Assembly (NCBI GenBank): GCA_951406725.2
Contig: OX597820.1
Span: forward strand, 94,736,001-94,800,000
Source of the DNA: Octopus vulgaris
Lineage: Eukaryota
Reading direction: 5' to 3'
Length of the DNA: 64,000 nucleotides
Under the pieces are notes generated by a model, which saw nothing but the letters and a program-made list of their open reading frames with translations, did not search any database and was not told the DNA's origin. Positions 58,201 through 64,000 of the stretch are shown piece after piece. The position numbers and the translations under genes were made by a program. The first letter of the stretch is position 1, and the number at the start of each line of letters is the position of its first letter.

Positions 58201-61200
58201 TCAAAGGAAATCATCTCTGAGGTGCTTCTCACAACAGACATGATGATCCTGGCAGTACGGCAAGTATCATAACAGTTCATAATTTAAGAAATGTGTCTGA
58301 GTATACTCGTCTGGTTCTAAAAAGATACATTTGCGATGCACAAATAAACTCGGGATAATCCATTAAGGGGTTAACAAATAATGATTGTAATAAATCAATG
58401 TAAGATCTGTATGTGGCCATCTGACATGCTAGAAATAGTAACCAAATATTCCTTAAATTGTATCCTACCAATAGTTTCATTATGAATCATAGCAGAATCT
58501 ACATACAGAGGTCACATCAGATTAGATTAATTTTGTCATGATAGTTTGATAGCTTAAATCAAAATCATTATCATCATCATTGTTTTATGAACAGTTTCCA
58601 TGCTGGTATGGGTTGGAGATGTAACAATCTGAGTCCTTTTATAACAAAAGCTACTACTCTCAGAGTGGTGTCCATGCCTGTCATTTTAGCTTACCTTCTA
58701 AGGCTAAGTACCTTTCCTGTCGCCAACCACTTTAGAGAGTTCACTGGATGCATTTTCTTGTGACACCAGCACTAAAGAGGTTAGTAAGTTCTCAGCAAGA
58801 TAGAACTTAATGGGCCTATAATCCTGCACTTCCTTTACGTATTTGTTTCCCCATTTTACAGTGTGTACTGGGTGCATTTTTAGTGGTACCAGTACTAAGG
58901 AGATTGTCAAGTTCTTGATGAGACAAGGTTAAAGGGACCTCTTAATCTTTAAGGTAGTACATTACCTCTGCTCCCTTACCAGTCATTCTACAGAGTGTGC
59001 AAGGGAGCTTGGAGGAAGCACTTTCCATCAAAGTCTCAACATACAGGGTGTGGAAGATATGGTGGCAGCACAGATCCACCACCATCACCTTATTGTAGTG
59101 TCTATTAATGCCTAGCAGTTGTTGCAGATTTTTTCTCCTTTTCTTTCTTGTTATCATTCCTTTTACATAGATAAGTTGAATTTGAGAGGTTTTTACTTAT
59201 TTTACTTTTTATTGACAAAATAAACTACAAAATAGAAACTGAAATATGATACTAACGTTCTTGAAACTTAAACGAAGTTCATCTGCATTAATTTCACCTT
59301 GTTATCTTTATCTACCTATCTAAAACATTTGTGAGCACTTGCCCCCCACCCACCCACACACACACACACACTCTTCTCTTCTCAGACTATCTGATAAATG
59401 AAAATATGGTGGCAAATATTAGGGAGAAAATGCAAAGTCAGCTCTGGCAGTATTTGAACTGATAAGGAGGGTTTACTATGGCAATTGTTCTACTACCTTT
59501 AATATCCTCAATTTCCTTTGATGGGCTTATCTCTGTTTACATTGCTTTCTTGTGCCTTGTATTATCATTATGTTTAAGGTGGCAAGCTAGTAGAATCGTT
59601 AGCAAGCAGGGAGAAATGTTTAGCAGCATTTCGTCTGTCTTCACATTCTGAGTTTAAATTCTGCTGAGCTCAGCTTAGCCTTTCATCCTTTCAGGGTTGA
59701 TAAAATAAGTACTGGAGTTGATGTAATCGACTCCCCCCCCGCCGCCCCAAAATTGCTAGCCTTGTGCCAAAATTTGAAATCATCATTATTATTATTATGT
59801 TTTTGTTTCATAATGTTTTAATCAAAAGAAAAGAAATTATGCTCAATGTCTGTTAGTGGCTTTCTGAATCTGGTGACACTGTCAGAGTTGATGTGCATTT
59901 TGAACATCTGCATGTAAACATCTGTAGGAAAAAAATCATGTGAAAGAACTTCCAGAAGGTTGATGTTCTGAAAAGTAAGAAGTAGGGAGAAGTGATTAGT
60001 CCAAGACCTGATAGGAAAGGGGGAAATGCACACTAATGTAGTGTGACAAGAGAAAGAGTGGTACAACTGGTATACATGTAGCTAATTTTCAGGGTAGCAC
60101 AGCAGTGATAAAATAGACACAGACAGAGCAAATCAGCTTATCTGTTGAGCCAGAGGTTGTACAATGAATGAGTAAGAATCAATTGGAAAACCTTTTGGAA
60201 GCTTTTTGTGTATGGGAGCAGTATCCCCCCACCCCAGCATGGTTCTTCCTAATTCAACTACTTATAATTGTTGAAAGCTGGTGATTGCTTTCCAAACAGC
60301 AATTAGTTACACATTCTATAGTTTGTAGAAGTACCTTCATGAATAAGACACTGAAATATCACACATTGGTCTCATTTTTCAAATTCGCTGTAGAAATTTT
60401 GTTTTGTTTTTAGGTAGCATACATAATTTTAAAAAAACTTCAGTTAGCCTAATTATTACCAGCATTATACAGCAGATTGTTTGTCAGTATTCATCATCAT
60501 CATCATCATTTAGCGTCCGTTTTCCATGCTTGCATGGGTTGGACGGTTCAACTGGAGTCCGTGAAGCCAGAAGGCCGCATCAGGCCCAGTCAGATCTGGC
60601 AGTATTTCTACAGCTAGATGCCCTTCCTAACGCCAACCACTCCATGAGTGTAGTGGGTGCTTTTTACGTGCCAGCCGAAATAAACATGTTTTCTATTTAG
60701 TGGGAGATTTATCTCTCATCCACTTAACACCTTGAAACTAGAGCTAAGCTTCAGCAATTATGAACCTAGTACTGTTGGCATGGCTGTGTGTTAAGAAGTT
60801 TTCTTCCCAGCCACAAGGTTCCAGGTTCAGGCCCATTATGTAGCACATTGGGTAAGTGTCTTCTACTATAGTCCAGGCCAACCAAAGTCTTGTGAGTGGA
60901 TTTAATAGAGAGAAACTGAAAGAAGGCCATTGTATGTGTGTGTAACATATGTGTGGTGCGTGATACAGTGTCATTGCTTTGACATTACATGATAGTTGTA
61001 AATAAGTGTCACTGGAATACAAGTGCTGCCCTTCATTTCTAATATTCTGTTTAAACATGTCTGGTCATGGGAAAAAATTTTACCTTGGAATCAGGTGACA
61101 GTTGGCAACAGGAAGGGTATCCAATTGTTGAAAATCTGCCCTGACAAATTCTGTTCAATCCATGTGAAAATGGAACAGTGGATTTTAAAATGATGTGCCG

Positions 61201-63011
61201 GTGGCACGTAAAATGCACCAATCCGACCGTGGCCATTGCCAGCCTCGCCTGGCACCTGTGCGGGTGGCACGTAAAAAGCACCCACTACACTCACGGAGTG
61301 GTTGGCGTTAGGAAGGGCATCCAGCTGTAGAAACATTGCCAGATAAGACTGGAGCCTGGTGCAGCCTTCTGGCTTCCCAGATCTCCGGTTGAACCATCCA
61401 ACCCATGCTAGCATGGAGAATGGACGTTAAATGATGATGATGATGATGATGATGACACCACCAATGACAATGACAACAAAAACAAGTACTGTACTGTGTT
61501 ACATAATGTTTTCATCTGTTGTTTTATATTGGGCTAATCTATTTATCTTGTACTATAACACATTTCCTGCTTGTCATTGTTAATTTCTGTTTCTCAAAAC
61601 ATAACAGGATTGGACGTGCTATGGTGACTGCTGGTCGCAACCCTGATCCCTTATCTGGCCTGCGTATAGTAAATCTTGGAATCACAAACTTGACTGCTAC
61701 TGGAAAAACAGATCTTGCTAACAGGTTTTTACATGTTTTTATGTACTATTTTGTTGTAGAGAATAAGGAGCCCCTATTCCATGTGAAAGTTTGCTAATAT
61801 TTTAAGAGTTGTACTCAACTGGCATAATTGTTAGAGCAAGAGATAATATATCTTATCATGTTTAGGTTCTGGGTTCATATCCTACTGATGTTAACTTTGC
61901 TTTCATCTTACTGGGATTGATAAAATAAATTATTAGTTAAGTTCTGGGGTTTCCAAAATTTGTGGCCTTATGCTAATATAAGAAATTGCCATTTCTTGGC
62001 TTGAATTGAAGAAGATTGGTCTAATTACTTTGCAAGTAGTTAGCCACATGTCCTTACATTCTGAGTTCAAACCCTACAGAAGTGGATTCAGTTATAGCCC
62101 AGTGTTGATCAAATAAGTACCAGTAATAGTACTGGATTCAACTCAGCTGAATATATCTCTCCTACAAATGGTGTGACTTTGTCCAAATGTAAGAAATTAT
62201 TGTTGCTGTTCAACCCCAAGTTTCTAATTTGTTAAAGGAAACTTGTGTGAAAGCCCATTGGAGGGATGGTTTCTATTTCTGAGTGGTAGACTTAACCTGT
62301 AACCAGCTTTAATATGGATATTTGGTCCTTAAGTGTAAACATTTGGGCAAGTTTCTGATCTGAAAATAATTTTATGTTTTCTTCTCTTCCTCCCAATTTT
62401 TTTGGAGCCTTTAAGTGGGTATCATAACCTCTGCCTTTCTTCCTCTGATTAAGTCAAAAAAAATTTTTTGGAACAATAGGCAGAAAATTATCTCAGAGAG
62501 CATGATATTGCTGATGAACACACTAACCCTTTTGTTACCAAATTCCTTTTGAAATGTGCTACTTTTGTTTTAATTAATTTTGGAAATAATTAAGATTTTA
62601 GTAAAACAACTTTGTCATTATGAATCTGGCTTTTAGAACATAAATTAACATGAAAGTTTGATGAAAGGTTTTAATTTTGATCACTTTCAAACAGGAAGTT
62701 TATATTGTAGGACCAAGGCCAGTTTCGGGCAGGTTGGTACCAAAAGGGCCAAAAAATTTTCTGAGTCTAGAGACCTTATCTATAAAATCTTCATCATGGG
62801 AATCTTTCCAGTAAGGAACAGTATTATGCCTCTCAATTTCCTTTATCTTTGCAGACTTCTGGAGCTGATTGAGAACTTTCGTGTGAGTTGGAAACGAAGA
62901 TATATTGCAAAATTAGGTTTACTGGAAGCCACAAATTGCTTACAGAATGTGCTGACGCAATTAGTACCAAATGAAGATGCAGAGAAATTTTCTTCTTCTA
63001 TTATAGGGTAA
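5421..63011 (+). CDS. Spliced gene, 22 coding exons, ~926 aa: ankyrin repeats + GH20 (beta-N-acetylhexosaminidase)-like domains, probably catalytically inactive
   Basis: All exons join in frame with matching phases across 20 GT-AG introns and 1 GC-AG intron. Ankyrin motifs: [29 protein letters not shown]. GH20 motifs: LWPRPQSI, ITDSPSLPYRGVLLDVSKGRVP, LKNMLDNIAYMKFNQ, YSCSELLEIDKFCMDRGMQLIP, FFVCPGTAAWNS. Confidence 0.9.
7200..8085 (-). mobile_element. CRE-like non-LTR retrotransposon 3' fragment (REL endonuclease)
   Basis: Translates to SGDWIDAIP...LRVG...HGLSC...H, GKRPDGLT-like and LFQHISLAITRGNAASV motifs; contains stops and frameshifts. Confidence 0.75.
8700..9780 (-). mobile_element. 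Penelope-like element remnant (GIY-YIG endonuclease end + 3' tail)
   Basis: Minus strand translates to CGNNRCGIC, NLLYCITC...RIHKQ and CNIPLSKHLEICG. Confidence 0.65.
9925..10105 (-). mobile_element. Penelope pseudo-LTR copy with degenerate hammerhead
   Basis: Reverse complement of 18720-18896; reads CTGATGA-AGGCTG..CAGCC-AAAA, with GAAA mutated. Confidence 0.65.
10128..10320 (-). mobile_element. SINE/LINE 3'-tail repeat family C ending in (ATG)n/(CAT)n
   Basis: catcatcatcgtttaacgtcc...ggatgcccttcctaa... motif. Other copies near 16520, 35110, 43298, 52919, 54980, 60492, 61195. Confidence 0.75.
12285..12525 (+). mobile_element. Mariner transposase C-terminal remnant
   Basis: Translates to LPHPPCSPDLAPVDFHLFPKMKMQLK...HWDRC, matching the mariner HPPYSPDLAPxDF motif; contains stops. 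Confidence 0.8.
12600..12859. repeat. Perfect 115-bp inverted repeat with 30-bp spacer (fold-back/MITE)
   Basis: 12600-12714 equals the reverse complement of 12745-12859. Confidence 0.92.
13715..14560. repeat. Long CT-rich polypyrimidine tract with internal direct duplication
   Basis: (CT)n, (CTAT)n and CCCCCTCTCT repeats; ~13750-13870 is repeated at ~13865-13995. Confidence 0.9.
14624..14904. mobile_element. Penelope-like pseudo-LTR remnant with 64-bp inverted arms, inserted in (TA)n
   Basis: 14624-14687 is the near-perfect reverse complement of 14841-14904; carries the hammerhead; (TA)n on both sides. Confidence 0.65.
14676..14761 (-). ncRNA. Minimal type I hammerhead ribozyme (Penelope-type)
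   Basis: Minus strand reads AUUUUC-CUGAAGA-GAAGGCUGCAAA..UUUGCAGCCUUC-GAAA-CAUAUG-UA-GAAAAU: stem I 6 bp, stem II 12 bp or more, palindromic stem III, GUA cleavage triplet. Confidence 0.8.
15101..15522. repeat. Near-perfect inverted repeat with ~200-bp arms, flanked by (TA)n
   Basis: ~15101-15303 pairs with ~15316-15522 around a loop of about 12 nt. Confidence 0.9.
16709..16788 (+). CDS. Exon 2 (STEVKDLQTVLNEACSDDGTLLHLATM), ankyrin
   Basis: Polypyrimidine tract + cag acceptor; donor atg|gtaggt; phase 1 to 0. Confidence 0.88.
18241..18900 (+). mobile_element. Penelope-like element 3' part: GIY-YIG endonuclease + pseudo-LTR with degenerate hammerhead
   Basis: Translates to CVNSIPCSCGRLYKGETCCPLKIRVEEH...SGIADHVW...KEA; at 18777-18820 ACAC-CTGATGA-AGGCTG..CAGCT-GAAAC. 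Confidence 0.8.
19092..19246 (+). CDS. Exon 3 (LGEADIVRTLLSAGADPGIHNKNQRIPLDLA...LLQATAHS), ankyrin
   Basis: tag acceptor; donor aa|gttagt; phase 0 to 2; ankyrin IVxxLLxxGAD motif. Confidence 0.92.
19426..19567 (+). pseudogene. Decayed tandem duplicate of exon 3 (pseudo-exon)
   Basis: Translates to LNFAQSDKVKIISNEELLHATEH versus exon 3 LDLAMSENVRIVFNEELLQATAH; its 5' part has indels and in-frame stops. Confidence 0.8.
19940..20123. mobile_element. piggyBac-like MITE; related copy at ~29375-29586
   Basis: Termini aaccctttaacattt ... gaatgctaaaggtttaa in a TTAA-type context. Confidence 0.5.
20816..21207 (-). mobile_element. Non-autonomous Helitron
   Basis: Minus strand 5' TC ... subterminal GC hairpin ... 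CTAG 3', inserted between A and T; internal ~100-bp duplication. Confidence 0.7.
21480..21641. repeat. (TAA)n/(TAC)n microsatellite
   Basis: Direct reading; a similar (TAT)n tract lies at 25054-25142. Confidence 0.95.
22443..22826 (-). mobile_element. Young tRNA-derived SINE with 14-bp target site duplication
   Basis: TSD acacaactatatgt at 22429-22442 and 22827-22840; A box TGGCCCAGTGG, B box GGTTTCGATTCCC; CpGs retained. Confidence 0.88.
23035..23165 (+). CDS. Exon 4 (MGRVCQLLASGLDVNLKDSSESQNTPLHWASCYASRDMVQCLC), ankyrin
   Basis: cag acceptor; donor t|gtaaga; phase 2 to 1; TPLHWA. Confidence 0.93.
23593..23728 (+). CDS. Exon 5 ([44 protein letters not shown]), ankyrin
   Basis: tag acceptor; donor gg|gtaaga; phase 1 to 2; canonical ankyrin repeat. 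Confidence 0.95.
24268..24600. mobile_element. Dispersed repeat; inverted copy at ~50690-51104
   Basis: The two regions align as reverse complements (tgtgtaacat...gtagcaactgttatttcctatttg...). Confidence 0.7.
25849..26030. repeat. ~86-bp tandem duplication in CA-rich low-complexity DNA
   Basis: Units start at 25849 and 25935. Confidence 0.8.
26171..26283 (+). CDS. Exon 6 ([25 protein letters not shown]...), end of ankyrin stack
   Basis: cag acceptor; donor a|gtaagt; phase 2 to 1. Confidence 0.9.
27045..27625. repeat. Old diverged inverted duplication (~190-bp arms) plus ~55-bp direct repeat
   Basis: ~27123-27313 matches the reverse complement of ~27436-27624; 27045-27100 is directly repeated at 27381-27436. 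Confidence 0.75.
28273..28433 (+). CDS. Exon 7, Ser/Pro-rich linker (EDFALSESVIQN...KIQELSSQV)
   Basis: cag acceptor; donor gtt|gtaagt; phase 1 to 0 bridges exons 6 and 8. Confidence 0.8.
30243..30402 (+). CDS. Exon 8 (KELECLP...LSLLWPRPQSIVQKEGNHF...), start of GH20 domain-2-like region
   Basis: cag acceptor; donor a|gtaagt; phase 0 to 1; LWPxP motif typical of the start of hexosaminidase domain 2. Confidence 0.9.
31092..31276 (+). CDS. Exon 9 (IHSVAQVWNCRKF...ASYKIIIQSFQ)
   Basis: cag acceptor; donor cag|gtaaac; phase 1 to 0; SYxIxI strand of GH20 domain 2. Confidence 0.88.
31690..34805 (-). mobile_element. R4/Dong-like non-LTR retrotransposon, decayed
   Basis: RT motifs YQPITCLNTTYRILT, WIDYRKAFDIVPH, IFQGDSLSP, HLFYMDDLKL; also HHPKANVDRLYLPRSNGGRG; frameshifts present. 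Confidence 0.88.
35353..35463 (+). CDS. Exon 10 (VKILAHDIQSLSYAIITLSQLFNLYKTESGISIPLLE)
   Basis: tag acceptor; donor gaa|gtaagt; phase 0 to 0; matches the GH20 domain-2 pattern IxA...LxYAxxTLxQL. Confidence 0.92.
37638..37709 (+). CDS. Exon 11 (ITDSPSLPYRGVLLDVSKGRVPNI), GH20 barrel start
   Basis: tag acceptor; donor ata|gtaagt; GH20 IxDxP...RGxxLDxSR signature with R changed to K. Confidence 0.95.
37800..38780 (+). mobile_element. Internally deleted L1/Tx1-like LINE
   Basis: ORF1-like zinc knuckle CFICGETTHL followed by RT start NFRPITLLNTEFKILAKVL. Confidence 0.7.
38979..39029 (+). CDS. Exon 12 (ETLKNMLDNIAYMKFNQ)
   Basis: cag acceptor; donor cag|gtacta; GH20 LKxxxDxxAxxKxN helix. Confidence 0.92.
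39590..40011 (-). mobile_element. Probable Helitron 5' fragment
   Basis: Ends in tatatatagat (minus-strand ATCTATATATA), like the 20816-21207 element; internal short duplications. Confidence 0.4.
40375..40439 (+). CDS. Exon 13 (IHLYTRFRYQTSSAWQLCYSC)
   Basis: Strong pyrimidine tract + cag acceptor; donor ag|gtatgt; phase 0 to 2. Confidence 0.9.
42158..42304 (+). CDS. Exon 14 (ELLEIDKFCMDRGMQLIPAVDVHP...YISHFTNS)
   Basis: cag acceptor; donor ga|gtaagt; phase 2 to 2; GH20 ExxxxxxRGxxxIP motif. Confidence 0.92.
44500..45930 (+). mobile_element. Internally deleted RTE-like LINE
   Basis: Translates to TWNIQTLQD, LTRFTVDVAAIAETRL (APE), CETWTV and WFRHV; many disruptions. Confidence 0.7.
46482..47723 (-). 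mobile_element. Near full-length maT (DD37D) Tc1/mariner transposon, decayed
   Basis: TIRs CAGGGTACGGTGAATAAACTGTC / CAGGGTGCGATGGGTAAATTGTC with TA flanks; motifs FFSDEKNF, WQQD and WPPNSPDCNPLD, with 37 residues between the 2nd and 3rd D. Confidence 0.9.
47818..48019 (+). CDS. Exon 15 (FINVGSRLTSFLLEYPDD...LPPHLMFGEYGTQ), contains the degenerate catalytic strand
   Basis: cag acceptor; donor cag|gtaaga; phase 2 to 0. Confidence 0.9.
49100..49146 (+). CDS. Exon 16 (ATYNFVPHCKRLSEY)
   Basis: tag acceptor after a pyrimidine tract; donor gg|gtaagt; phase 0 to 2. Confidence 0.88.
50147..50375 (+). CDS. Exon 17 (FGFFVCPGTAAWNSLAGFPEAAVANI...GLAWNKDIHW)
   Basis: tag acceptor; donor tgg|gtaagt; phase 2 to 0; VCPGTxxWNS and A-x-x-AWN motifs. 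Confidence 0.93.
51829..52482. mobile_element. hAT-type MITE with nested SINE; related copy at ~43166-43663
   Basis: TIRs CAGTGGTTCTCAAC / GTTGAAAACCACTG; perfect 8-bp TSD ATCTAGAT. Confidence 0.85.
52919..53279. repeat. Nested fold-back of repeat family C
   Basis: Outer arms 52919-52973 / 53225-53279; inner arms 53065-53130 / 53155-53220. Confidence 0.88.
53743..54257. mobile_element. pogo/Tigger-like MITE
   Basis: TA-CCGTAAATCCTCGAGTATAGTCCGC ... GCGGATTATACTCGAGGATTTACAG-TA. Confidence 0.8.
54727..54862 (+). CDS. Exon 18 (EFLQSNLADLMNKHIFRDDSSVFGQVIIELGRIETYVYRCSQKKQ)
   Basis: cag acceptor; donor g|gtagga; phase 0 to 1. Confidence 0.9.
56294..56400 (+). CDS. Exon 19 (DDDQTSLPCENGSTLTNFLVRPDETRLEDLTADILQ)
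   Basis: tag acceptor; donor cag|gtaagg; phase 1 to 0. Confidence 0.9.
58135..58259 (+). CDS. Exon 20 (RANRLLRKHQSDV...EIISEVLLTTDMMILAV), followed by a GC donor
   Basis: Weaker aag acceptor; only the cg|gcaagt donor (phase 2) keeps frame with exon 21. Confidence 0.8.
61608..61724 (+). CDS. Exon 21 (IGRAMVTAGRNPDPLSGLRIVNLGITNLTATGKTDLAN)
   Basis: cag acceptor; donor ag|gttttt; phase 2 to 2. Confidence 0.85.
62855..63011 (+). CDS. Exon 22, terminal (LLELIENFRVSWKRRYIAKLGLLEAT...SSSIIG*)
   Basis: cag acceptor; TAA at 63009-63011; candidate polyA signals ATTAAA at 63394 and AATAAA at 63451. Confidence 0.88.
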
Positions 63012-64000
63012 AGGATTGATTGAGAAGACTCTAAATTATTGCTGGGACCAATACTTTATATTTTTGTCTTTGTATCTCTTTCCTTATTTCTATCATCCTA
63101 CACTTATAGCTAGGGACTTTTGGATCTATAAATCTCACATTTTTGTGTTTCTATCTAAACTATATTTCTATCACAACTGTCACTAAAATATATAGGCTAG
63201 TGACAGACTGGCTACATTGGTATAAAGTGGATCAGAAATGCCTGTGTTGACGTGTTGAGAGATAAAGTAATGATCAACACTTCTCTGTTAAGCCTCACCA
63301 TCATTAATCTCTTATATTTATATTTCCAAAAACATTTTGATCAGTCTCTCTATTGAATGAGCTGATAGTAATGTGATATGAAATGTAGCACAGATTAAAA
63401 GAATGTGAGAAAAAAAAAAAGCTTCATACAACTTTTAATTCATCTCAAAAAATAAATTTTAGTTTTTGAATATCATTTATTAATGGGGGTTTCATATGGG
63501 ACAATTGTTATTTGCAGAGATTCGTTCTTATTTATTATTTTCATTTTGGGAAATATCTTAAGATTATTTTGTTATAATTTTCAGATTGTTTTTCTTTTAA
63601 AGTTTATTTATTTTTCTGTGATGCATTCTTGTAATTATACGTCCATGACCACAAGCTTTATATTTTTATTTTTGCTCACATATATATTTCTGTGATCTGC
63701 TGTTTTATTTGGTTGGTTAAATACAAAGGTTTATTTTTAAATTATTTATTCATTTTCATTTTTATCATTTGGATGCTGCTACTTTTTTTTTTGTTTTTTG
63801 TTTTAGAGGTGCTACAATATTTGTAGAGATTGGTGACATAATGTGTATACTCTCTCTGGGTATTGCTATAATATATATATAGTCACTACTGCAGTATATG
63901 TAATCACTAATGACTTAGTGTATAGACTCTATTACTACTGTAATATATTTAGGTACTGGTGACATCTGGTGAACAGTGGGAATATCTAATGGATAACTGC

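Noticed and set aside
30243-63011. Naming the gene HEXA, HEXB or HEXD
   Set aside because: Ankyrin fusion, no signal peptide and no catalytic DE; orthology unsupported without a phylogeny.

Overview
AT-rich animal genomic DNA, dense in tRNA-derived SINEs, (CAT)n/(TA)n/(CA)n microsatellites and decayed LINE/DNA-transposon remnants. The repeat repertoire resembles Octopus/coleoid cephalopod genomes (inference from recall, not a database search). One gene dominates: I hand-assembled 22 phase-consistent + strand coding exons (5421-63011; 2781 nt including stop; 926 aa). They encode N-terminal ankyrin repeats, a Ser/Pro-rich linker, a GH20 domain-2-like region and a GH20 (beta-N-acetylhexosaminidase)-like barrel plus helical C-terminus. 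The catalytic Asp-Glu pair appears replaced (INVGSRLT instead of xxxG[G/C]DET), suggesting a cytosolic ankyrin-GH20 pseudoenzyme. The introns contain an apparently intact minimal type I hammerhead ribozyme in a Penelope-like inverted repeat, several long fold-back repeats, a decayed duplicate of exon 3, one GC-AG intron, and remnants of Penelope, CRE, R4/Dong, L1/Tx1, RTE, mariner, maT, hAT, Merlin-like, pogo-like and Helitron elements. All calls are by eye; repeat boundaries are approximate.
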